Source: a virus (lineage: Duplodnaviria > Heunggongvirae > Uroviricota > Caudoviricetes). Taken from it: 6,589 nucleotides of DNA. The stretch lies in the IMG/VR virus record IMGVR_UViG_2563366849_000001; one strand, written 5' to 3'. The notes below the pieces were generated by a model. That model searched no databases. It saw only the letters and a program-made list of their open reading frames with translations, and was not told the origin of the DNA. This document shows positions 1 to 6,307 of the stretch, in pieces. A program made the translations under genes and the position numbers. The first letter of the stretch is position 1; each line of letters begins with the position of its first letter.

Positions 1-198
1 GTTTTTTACTACGAGCGCGCCGTGTGTGCGATGGCGACCGCGTCGCTTTATGAGCGTTACCGCGGCGTGGATGCCAGTGCGAAAGGCGACAAGAAGGCCG
101 ACAGCATTGACAGCACCATTGATGAACTGTGGCGGGATATGCGCTGGGCGGTGGCGCGTATCCAGGACAAGCCGCGCTGCATCGTGAGTCAAATCTGA
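1..198 (+). CDS. L: 3' end of head completion/stabilisation protein gpL (5' part lies upstream of the window)
   Basis: Frame 1 is open from the window edge to TGA at 196-198 (…DELWRDMRWAVARIQDKPRCIVSQI*). The stop overlaps the ATG of the next gene (TGATG). Position immediately upstream of X matches P2 order L-X-Y. Identity is by synteny rather than a recognised motif. Confidence 0.6.
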   Translation, partial: VFYYERAVCAMATASLYERYRGVDASAKGDKKADSIDSTIDELWRDMRWAVARIQDKPRCIVSQI

Positions 199-401
199 TG
201 AAGACCTTTGCGCTACAGGGCGACACGCTCGACGCCATTTGTGTCCGGTATTACGGGCGCACTGAGGGCGTGGTCGAGACTGTGCTCGCCGCAAATCCGG
301 GACTGGCTGAACTGGGTGCGGTGCTGCCGCACGGCACCGCCGTCGAACTGCCCGACGTTCAGACCGCGCCCGTGGCTGAAACTGTCAATCTGTGGGAGTA
401 A
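198..401 (+). CDS. X: Tail protein gpX, small LysM-like protein (67 aa)
   Basis: ATG at 198 overlaps the upstream stop; 67 aa (MKTFALQGDTLDAICVRYYGRTEGVVETVLAANPGLAELG…NLWE), the size and sequence type of P2 gpX with a LysM-like 'DTLDAIC…YYG' signature. The ORF-track start at 129 is an in-frame upstream extension that overlaps L and is unlikely to be used. Confidence 0.85.
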   Translation: MKTFALQGDTLDAICVRYYGRTEGVVETVLAANPGLAELGAVLPHGTAVELPDVQTAPVAETVNLWE

Positions 402-404
402 CGC

Positions 405-689
405 ATGACAGCAGAAGAAAAAAGCGTCCTGTCGCTTTTCGTGATTGGGGTGCTGATTGTTGTCGGCAAGGTGCTTGCCGGTGGTGAACCCATCACCCCG
501 CGTCTGTTTATCGGGCGCATGTTGCTCGGTGGTTTTGTCTCGATGGTTGCCGGTGTTGTTCTGGTGCAGTTTCCTGACCTGTCACTGCCTGCGGTGTGCG
601 GCATCGGCTCCATGCTGGGTATCGCCGGTTATCAGGTGATTGAGATTGCCATTCAGCGCCGCTTTAAGGGCAGGGGGAAGCGGAATTAA
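405..689 (+). CDS. Y: Holin gpY (class I, three predicted transmembrane segments, basic C-terminus)
   Basis: GGGAG Shine-Dalgarno at 394-398, ATG at 405. 94 aa with three hydrophobic stretches (SVLSLFVIGVLIVVGKVLAGG / LFIGRMLLGGFVSMVAGVVLV / LPAVCGIGSMLGIAGYQVI) and a charged tail QRRFKGRGKRN. Follows X as in P2. The last few codons may be altered by the adjacent deletion junction. Confidence 0.8.
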   Translation: MTAEEKSVLSLFVIGVLIVVGKVLAGGEPITPRLFIGRMLLGGFVSMVAGVVLVQFPDLSLPAVCGIGSMLGIAGYQVIEIAIQRRFKGRGKRN

Positions 690-951
690 AACGGCCAGCG
701 TGACGGCTTCTGATTCTGTTACTGCCACGGTGCCGGTGGTCATGGTGAAAGCATCAACCCGCGTCACCCTGGACACACCGGAGGTGGTCTGCACCAACAG
801 GCTGATTACCGGCACGCTGGAAGTGCAGAAGGGCGGGACGATGCGCGGCAACATTGAACACACCGGCGGTGAACTCTCATCAAACGGGAAGGTACTGCAT
901 ACCCATAAACACCCCGGCGACAGCGGCGGCACAACCGGGGGACCTCTATGA
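679..951 (+). pseudogene. V: 3' fragment of baseplate spike gene V (about the C-terminal 90 codons; N-terminal domain deleted)
   Basis: Frame open from 640 but no plausible start or RBS of its own; its 5' part overlaps the Y 3' end. Translation …VPVVMVKASTRVTLDTPEVVCTNRLITGTLEVQKGGTMRGNIEHTGGELSSNGKVLHTHKHPGDSGGTTGGPL* resembles the C-terminal beta-helix tip of P2-type gpV spikes, including the His-x-His cluster. The TGA at 949-951 overlaps the W start (ATGA), as in an intact V-W junction. The full-length gene in P2 is roughly 210 codons. Confidence 0.7.
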
Positions 952-1295
952 CAGCGCGTTATCTCGGAATGAATCGCAGTGATGGCCTGACTGTCACTGA
1001 CCTTGAGCATATCAGCCAGAGTATCGGCGATATCCTGCGCACGCCGGTCGGCTCACGGGTGATGCGTCGTGATTACGGCTCGTTGCTGGCGTCAATGATT
1101 GACCAGCCGCAGACCCCGGCGCTTGAGTTGCAGATTAAGGTCGCCTGTTACATGGCGGTGCTGAAATGGGAACCCCGCGTCACCCTGTCATCTGTCACCA
1201 CGGCGCGCAGTTTTGACGGGCGAATGACGGTCACGTTAACCGGCCAGCACAACGACACCGGCCAGCCACTTTCGTTAACCATCCCTGTGAGTTGA
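948..1295 (+). CDS. W: Baseplate assembly protein gpW (gp25/GPW family, 115 aa)
   Basis: ATG at 948 coupled to the V stop; 115 aa (MTARYLGMNRSDGLTVTDLEHISQSIGDILRTPVGSRVMRRDYGS…) typical of the GPW/gp25 baseplate wedge family and the P2 gpW size. The stop at 1293-1295 lies 4 nt before the J start. Confidence 0.9.
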   Translation: MTARYLGMNRSDGLTVTDLEHISQSIGDILRTPVGSRVMRRDYGSLLASMIDQPQTPALELQIKVACYMAVLKWEPRVTLSSVTTARSFDGRMTVTLTGQHNDTGQPLSLTIPVS

Positions 1296-1299
1296 AACT

Positions 1300-1473
1300 A
1301 TGCCGATTATCGACCTGAACCAGCTACCCGCACCGGATGTGGTCGAGGAGCTGGACTTTGAAACCATTCTTGCCGAACGCAAGGCGACACTGATTTCCCT
1401 TTATCTGGGAGCTTTACGCCGCAACCGGTGTGGATGCCGTACCGATTCGTTTTGCAGGCTCTTACCAGCGTGA
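1300..1473 (+). pseudogene. J: Truncated baseplate gene J: about 35 native N-terminal codons, then out-of-frame read-through into FII sequence ending at TGA 1471-1473
   Basis: ATG at 1300 follows W as in P2. Translation MPIIDLNQLPAPDVVEELDFETILAERKATLISLY matches the gpJ N-terminus; from about 1405 the frame continues as LGALRRNRCGCRTDSFCRLLPA*, which is FII DNA read in the wrong frame. The intact gene in P2 is about 300 codons. Confidence 0.75.
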
Positions 1474-1708
1474 CGATACCGGCGAAACGGTGGCCGTCGA
1501 GGTGGTCATGCGTGGACGTCAGAAAGAAATCGACACCGGCGAGGGTAAACAGGGAGAAGACACCGAGTCGAAAATCTCCGTGGTCTGCACTTATTTCCGG
1601 CTGACGATGGACGGTAAGGAGCTGGTCGAAATTGACACCATCAACATGATTGAGAAGGTGAACGGCGTCGACCGGCTGGAGCAACACCGCCGCAATATCG
1701 GCCTGTGA
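1403..1708 (+). pseudogene. FII: 3' fragment of tail tube gene FII (about the C-terminal 100 codons, no native start)
   Basis: In the frame ending at TAA/TGA 1706-1708 the translation is IWELYAATGVDAVPIRFAGSYQRDDTGETVAVEVVMRGRQKEIDTGEGKQGEDTESKISVVCTYFRLTMDGKELVEIDTINMIEKVNGVDRLEQHRRNIGL*, which I recognise as the C-terminal part of P2-type tail tube protein FII (about 172 aa when intact). An in-frame stop at 1391-1393 lies just upstream; the ORF-track 'start' at 1430 is a GTG inside the gene. Located immediately upstream of E as in P2. Confidence 0.75.
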
Positions 1709-1715
1709 TTTTCAT

Positions 1716-1736
1716 CCGGTCAGCCTGGCTGACCGG
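1716..1736 (+). repeat. Perfect inverted repeat (CCGGTCAGCC-T-GGCTGACCGG) in the FII-E intergenic region; potential RNA stem-loop
   Basis: Read directly from the sequence: 10-nt arms that are exact reverse complements, 8 nt after the FII stop and about 28 nt before the E start. It is not followed by a U-run, so it is unlikely to be a classical intrinsic terminator; possibly an RNA stability or processing element. Confidence 0.45.
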
Positions 1737-1764
1737 TTAACCCTGATTCATAAGTGAGAAAACC

Positions 1765-2040
1765 ATGAACAAAGAAAATGTCATTACCCTGGACAATCCG
1801 GTCAAACGTGGTGAGCAGGTTATCGAACAGGTCACGCTGATGAAACCCAGTGCCGGGACGCTGCGCGGTGTCAGTCTGGCAGCGGTCGCGAACTCCGAAG
1901 TCGATGCACTGATTAAGGTGCTGCCGCGCATGACGGCACCGATGCTGACCGAGCAGGAAGTCGCCGCGCTGGAACTGCCTGACCTTGTGGCGCTGGCCGG
2001 TAAGGTGGTCGGTTTTTTGTCGCCGAACTCGGTGCAGTAA
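1765..2040 (+). CDS. E: Tail assembly chaperone gpE (91 aa)
   Basis: ATG at 1765, 91 aa ending TAA 2038-2040; contains the T TTT TTG slippery heptamer near its 3' end. Position between FII and T and the size match P2 gpE. Confidence 0.85.
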   Translation: MNKENVITLDNPVKRGEQVIEQVTLMKPSAGTLRGVSLAAVANSEVDALIKVLPRMTAPMLTEQEVAALELPDLVALAGKVVGFLSPNSVQ

Positions 2041-2192
2041 CGTTCCCGAAAAATCTGTCGGTCGATGACCTGATGGCGGATGTGGCAGTGATATTTCACT
2101 GGCCGCCATCAGAACTGTATCCCATGAGCCTGACCGAACTCATCACATGGCGCGAAAAGGCGCTCCGGCGAAGCGGAAACACGAATGAGTAA
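1765..2192 (+). CDS. E+E': gpE+E' tail assembly chaperone made by programmed -1 ribosomal frameshift (142 aa predicted)
   Basis: Slippery heptamer T-TTT-TTG at 2013-2019 in the E frame. The -1 frame is open from there (FFVAELGAVTFPKNLSVDDLMADVAVIFHWPPSELYPMSLTELITWREKALRRSGNTNE*) to TAA at 2190-2192, which overlaps the T start at 2185. 85 E codons plus 57 E' codons gives 142 aa. Same architecture as the known P2 E/E' and lambda G/GT chaperone pairs. Confidence 0.75.
2013..2019 (+). promoter_or_regulatory. -1 programmed frameshift slippery site (T TTT TTG)
   Basis: X-XXY-YYZ heptamer in the E reading frame (GGT TTT TTG), with a 57-codon open -1 frame downstream that ends exactly at the T start region. 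Confidence 0.7.
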
Positions 2193-4632
2193 CAATGTAA
2201 AATTACAGGTATTGCTCAGGGCTGTTGACCAGGCATCCCGCCCGTTTAAATCCATCCGTACAGCGAGCAAATCGCTGTCGGGGGATATCCGGGAAACACA
2301 AAAATCACTGCGCGAGCTGAACGGTCACGCATCCCGTATTGAGGGATTCCGCAAGACCAGTGCACAGCTCGCCGTGACTGGTCATGCACTTGAAAAGGCA
2401 CGGCAGGAAGCCAAAGCCCTTGCCACACAGTTTAAAAACACCGAACGTCCGACCCGTGCTCAGGCGAAAGTGCTGGAATCAGCAAAGCGAGCGGCGGAAG
2501 ACTTACAGGCGAAATATAACCGCCTGACGGATTCCGTTAAACGCCAGCAGCGGGAACTGGCCGCTGTGGGAATTAATACCCGCAATCTTGCACATGATGA
2601 GCAGGGGCTGAAAAACCGTATCAGTGAAACCACCGCACAGCTTAACCGTCAGCGCGACGCACTGGCGCGTGTCAGTGCACAACAGGCAAAACTTAACGCA
2701 GTCAAACAGCGTTATCAGGCCGGAAAAGAACTGGCAGGAAATATGGCCTCAGTGGGCGCTGCCGGTGTGGGGATTGCTGCTGCGGGAACGATGGCCGGAG
2801 TTAAGCTGCTGATGCCCGGTTATGAGTTTGCGCAGAAAAACTCAGAATTGCAGGCTGTGCTCGGTGTGGCAAAAGACTCCGCCGAAATGGCTGCACTACG
2901 CAAGCAGGCGCGCCAGCTCGGTGACAATACCGCCGCCTCAGCGGATGATGCGGCCGGTGCGCAGATTATCATTGCGAAAGCGGGTGGAGATGTTGATGCC
3001 ATTCAGGCGGCAACGCCGGTCACGCTGAACATGGCGCTGGCGAACCGTCGCACGATGGAAGAAAACGCCGCCCTGCTGATGGGGATGAAATCTGCCTTTC
3101 AGCTTTCAAACGATAAGGTCGCTCATATCGGGGATGTTCTCTCCATGACGATGAACAAAACCGCCGCCGATTTTGACGGTATGAGCGATGCGCTGACCTA
3201 TGCCGCACCTGTGGCAAAAAATGCCGGTGTCAGCATTGAAGAAACCGCCGCAATGGTCGGGGCGCTGCATGATGCAAAAATCACCGGTTCAATGGCGGGG
3301 ACGGGAAGCCGTGCCGTGTTAAGCCGCCTGCAGGCACCGACGGGAAAAGCATGGGATGCACTCAAAGAGCTTGGAGTGAAAACCTCAGACAGCAAGGGAA
3401 ACACCCGGACAATATTTACCATTCTGAAAGAAATGCAGGCCAGTTTTGAGAAAAACCGGCTCGGTACTGCCCAGCAGGCTGAATACATGAAAACTATTTT
3501 CGGGGAGGAGGCCAGCTCAGCCGCCGCCGTGCTGATGACTGCCGCCTCAAGCGGAAAGCTGGACAAACTGACCGCTGCGTTTAAAGCCTCAGACGGGAAG
3601 ACCGCCGAGCTGGTAAATATCATGCAGGACAACCTCGGCGGCGACTTTAAGGAGTTTCAGTCCGCTTATGAGGCGGTGGGGACTGACCTGTTTGACCAGC
3701 AGGAAGGCGCACTGCGTAAGCTCACTCAGACGGCCACAAAGTATGTGTTAAAACTCGACGGCTGGATCCAGAAAAACAAATCACTGGCGTCAACCATCGG
3801 CATCATTGCCGGTGGCGCGCTGGCGCTTATTGGCATCATCGGTGCAATTGGTCTTGTAGCCTGGCCGGTTATCACCGGCATCAATGCCATCATCGCGGCA
3901 GCAGGCGCAATGGGTGCAATCTTCACGACGGTTGGTAGTGCCGTTATGACGGCCATCGGGGCGATTAGCTGGCCGGTTGTGGCCGTGGTGGCTGCAATTG
4001 TCGCCGGGGCGTTGCTTATCCGTAAATACTGGGAGCCTGTCAGCGCATTCTTTGGCGGTGTGGTGGAAGGGCTGAAAGCGGCATTTGCGCCGGTGGGGGA
4101 ACTGTTCACGCCACTTAAACCGGTGTTTGACTGGCTGGGTGAAAAGTTACAGGCCGCGTGGCAATGGTTTAAAAACCTGATTGCCCCGGTCAAAGCCACC
4201 CAGGACACCCTGAACCGTTGCCGTGACACGGGCGTCATGTTCGGGCAGGCACTGGCTGACGCGCTGATGCTGCCGCTTAATGCGTTCAACAAACTGCGCA
4301 GTGGTATTGACTGGGTACTGGAAAAACTCGGTGTCATCAACAAAGAGTCAGACACACTTGACCAGACCGCCGCAAGGACTAATGCCGCCACGTATGGCAC
4401 CGGTGGTTATATTCCGGCGACCAGCTCTTATGCAGGCTATCAGGCTTATCAGCCGGTCACGGCACCGGCTGGCCGCTCTTATGTGGACCAGAGTAAAAAC
4501 GAATATCACATCAGCCTGACCGGTGGTACTGCGCCGGGGACACAGCTCGACCGCCAGTTACAGGATGCGCTCGAAAAATACGAGCGGGATAAACGTGCGC
4601 GCGCCCGTGCCAGCATGATGCATGACGGTTAA
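2185..4632 (+). CDS. T: Tail tape measure protein gpT (815 aa)
   Basis: 815-aa ORF directly after E/E'. The N-terminal third is Ala/Gln/Arg/Lys-rich and predicted coiled-coil; the central part is alpha-helical and Ala-rich; a long Gly/Ala/Ile-rich hydrophobic segment lies at about nt 3778-4030 (IGIIAGGALALIGIIGAIGLVAWPVITGINAIIAAAGAMGAIF…); C-terminal globular part. Size and architecture are typical of a myovirus tape measure and equal P2 gpT length. Confidence 0.9.
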   Translation: MSNNVKLQVLLRAVDQASRPFKSIRTASKSLSGDIRETQKSLRELNGHASRIEGFRKTSAQLAVTGHALEKARQEAKALATQFKNTERPTRAQAKVLESAKRAAEDLQAKYNRLTDSVKRQQRELAAVGINTRNLAHDEQGLKNRISETTAQLNRQRDALARVSAQQAKLNAVKQRYQAGKELAGNMASVGAAGVGIAAAGTMAGVKLLMPGYEFAQKNSELQAVLGVAKDSAEMAALRKQARQLGDNTAASADDAAGAQIIIAKAGGDVDAIQAATPVTLNMALANRRTMEENAALLMGMKSAFQLSNDKVAHIGDVLSMTMNKTAADFDGMSDALTYAAPVAKNAGVSIEETAAMVGALHDAKITGSMAGTGSRAVLSRLQAPTGKAWDALKELGVKTSDSKGNTRTIFTILKEMQASFEKNRLGTAQQAEYMKTIFGEEASSAAAVLMTAASSGKLDKLTAAFKASDGKTAELVNIMQDNLGGDFKEFQSAYEAVGTDLFDQQEGALRKLTQTATKYVLKLDGWIQKNKSLASTIGIIAGGALALIGIIGAIGLVAWPVITGINAIIAAAGAMGAIFTTVGSAVMTAIGAISWPVVAVVAAIVAGALLIRKYWEPVSAFFGGVVEGLKAAFAPVGELFTPLKPVFDWLGEKLQAAWQWFKNLIAPVKATQDTLNRCRDTGVMFGQALADALMLPLNAFNKLRSGIDWVLEKLGVINKESDTLDQTAARTNAATYGTGGYIPATSSYAGYQAYQPVTAPAGRSYVDQSKNEYHISLTGGTAPGTQLDRQLQDALEKYERDKRARARASMMHDG

Positions 4633-4646
4633 GGAGGTGACGAAAA

Positions 4647-5126
4647 ATGATGCTCGCGTTAGGTATGTTTGTTTTTATGCGCCAGACGCTGCCACACCAG
4701 ACCATGCAGCGTGAATCAGATTATCGCTGGCCGTCAAATTCCCGTATCGGTAAACGGGACGCCTACCAGTTTCTCGGTGTGGGTGAGGAAAACATCACGC
4801 TTGCCGGTGTGCTTTATCCAGAACTGACCGGCGGCAAGCTGACGATGACCACGCTCAGGCTGATGGCCGAGGAAGGCCGGGCGTGGCCGTTGCTGGATGG
4901 CACCGGCATGATTTACGGCATGTATGTCATCAGCAGGGTGAGTGAAACAGGGAGTATTTTCTTTGCAGACGGCACACCCCGAAAAATTGATTTTACGCTG
5001 TCGCTCACCCGCGTTGATGAATCACTGGCCGCGCTTTATGGCGATATCGGTAAACAGGCGGAATCGCTCATCGGTAAGGCCGGCAGTATGGCGACCAGAT
5101 TCACGGGTATGACGGGGGCGGGATAA
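4647..5126 (+). CDS. U: Tail protein gpU (tail terminator/tail formation protein, 159 aa)
   Basis: Strong SD AGGAGGT at 4632-4638, ATG at 4647; 159 aa; the stop TAA at 5124-5126 overlaps the D start (TAATG). Position and size match P2 gpU. Confidence 0.85.
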   Translation: MMLALGMFVFMRQTLPHQTMQRESDYRWPSNSRIGKRDAYQFLGVGEENITLAGVLYPELTGGKLTMTTLRLMAEEGRAWPLLDGTGMIYGMYVISRVSETGSIFFADGTPRKIDFTLSLTRVDESLAALYGDIGKQAESLIGKAGSMATRFTGMTGAG

Positions 5127-6289
5127 TGCTGGATGCACTGACATTTGATGCAGGCAGTACGCTGACGCCGGATTACATGCTGATGCTCGACAGCAGGGAT
5201 ATTACCGGCAATATCAGCGACCGTCTGATGAGCATGACCCTGACGGATAACCGGGGCTTTGAGGCTGACCAGCTTGATATTGAACTGAACGATGCCGACG
5301 GGCAGGTCGGGCTGCCGGTTCGTGGCGCTGTCCTGACGGTGTATATCGGCTGGAAAGGTTTTGCCCTGGTATGCAAAGGGAAATTCACCGTTGATGAGGT
5401 TGAACACCGGGGCGCGCCGGATGTGGTTACCATCCGCGCCCGGAGTGCAGATTTTCGCGGGACGCTCAATTCCCGCCGTGAAGGCTCATGGCATGACACC
5501 ACGCTCGGTGCGATTGTTGAGGCGATAGCCTCCCGTAACAGGCTGGAAGCCAGTGTCGCGCCGTCACTGGCCGGAATTAAAATCCCGCACATCGACCAGT
5601 CGCAGGAGTCTGATGCGAAATTCCTGACCCGTCTTGCAGAACGCAACGGCGGTGAGGTGTCGGTAAAAATGGGAAAACTGTTGTTTCTCAAAGCGGGGCA
5701 GGGAGTGACGGCCAGCGGTAAAAAAATCCCGCAGGTCACCATAACCCGCAGCGACGGCGACCGCCATCATTTTGCGATTGCTGACCGTGGAGCCTACACC
5801 GGTGTAACGGCAAAATGGCTACACACCAAAGACCCGAAGCCTCAAAAGCAGAAGGTAAAACTGAAACGCAAAAAGAAAGAGAAACACCTGCGCGCACTGG
5901 AGCACCCGAAAGCGAAACCGGTCAGGCAGAAGAAAGCGCCTAAAGTACCGGAAGCGCGTGAAGGTGAATACATGGCCGGTGAGGCTGACAACGTTTTTGC
6001 CCTGACCACGGTATATGCCACGAAAGCGCAGGCCATGCGCGCCGCTCAGGCGAAGTGGGATAAGCTGCAACGGGGCGTTGCGGAGTTCTCCATCAGTCTG
6101 GCTACCGGTCGTGCTGATATTTACACGGAAACACCGGTTAAAGTGTCAGGCTTTAAGCGCGTCATAGACGAGCAGGACTGGACAATCACTAAGGTGACAC
6201 ATTTTCTGAATAATAGCGGCTTCACGACGTCCTTGGAGCTTGAGGTCAGGCTTTCTGATGTGGAGTACGAAACAGAAGATGATGAGTGA
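5126..6289 (+). CDS. D: Tail protein gpD (phage late control gene D family, 387 aa)
   Basis: ATG at 5126 translationally coupled to U; 387 aa, the P2 gpD size; last gene of the F-E-T-U-D tail operon, directly upstream of ogr. Contains an unusually lysine-rich segment, residues about 233-280 (KDPKPQKQKVKLKRKKKEKHLRALEHPKAKPVRQKKAPKVPEAREGE). Confidence 0.9.
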   Translation: MLDALTFDAGSTLTPDYMLMLDSRDITGNISDRLMSMTLTDNRGFEADQLDIELNDADGQVGLPVRGAVLTVYIGWKGFALVCKGKFTVDEVEHRGAPDVVTIRARSADFRGTLNSRREGSWHDTTLGAIVEAIASRNRLEASVAPSLAGIKIPHIDQSQESDAKFLTRLAERNGGEVSVKMGKLLFLKAGQGVTASGKKIPQVTITRSDGDRHHFAIADRGAYTGVTAKWLHTKDPKPQKQKVKLKRKKKEKHLRALEHPKAKPVRQKKAPKVPEAREGEYMAGEADNVFALTTVYATKAQAMRAAQAKWDKLQRGVAEFSISLATGRADIYTETPVKVSGFKRVIDEQDWTITKVTHFLNNSGFTTSLELEVRLSDVEYETEDDE

Positions 6290-6307
6290 TGCTTTTATTT
6301 TATCTGT

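Noticed and set aside
129-401. Longer 90-aa version of the X ORF starting at 129
   Set aside because: The upstream in-frame portion overlaps the 3' end of L and has no RBS. The ATG at 198, overlapping the L stop, gives the 67-aa product expected for gpX.
457-639. 60-aa + strand ORF in an alternative frame inside Y, and similar short + strand ORFs (208-408, 2624-2812, 2822-3028, 4280-4519)
   Set aside because: Each is embedded out of frame within a well-supported gene (X, Y or T), has Cys/Arg/Pro-rich composition typical of off-frame translation of GC-rich coding DNA, and lacks RBS support.
582-1010. 142-aa minus-strand ORF
   Set aside because: Antisense to the Y 3' end, the V fragment and the W 5' end, which are much better supported by synteny and translational coupling on the + strand.
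1430-1708. Stand-alone 92-aa ORF for the FII fragment starting at GTG 1430
   Set aside because: The GTG is an internal valine codon of FII (…ATGVDAVP…) with no RBS. The region is better described as a 5'-truncated FII pseudogene beginning at the deletion junction.
1307-2109. Minus-strand ORFs 1307-1687, 1720-2109 and 1737-2099
   Set aside because: Antisense to the J'::FII' remnant and to E/E'; no recognisable protein features; the + strand calls explain the region.
3726-4400. 224-aa minus-strand ORF
   Set aside because: It lies entirely antisense to the Ala/Gly-rich hydrophobic part of the tape measure gene T. GC-rich Ala/Gly codons keep the antisense frame open; the product is low-complexity and there is no start or RBS context. 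Artefact.
5036-6070. Minus-strand ORFs 5036-5407, 5173-5742, 5564-5770, 5819-6070 and 5842-6036
   Set aside because: All antisense to U and D; the last two are generated by the lysine-codon-rich stretch of D (antisense poly-Phe/Leu). Artefacts.
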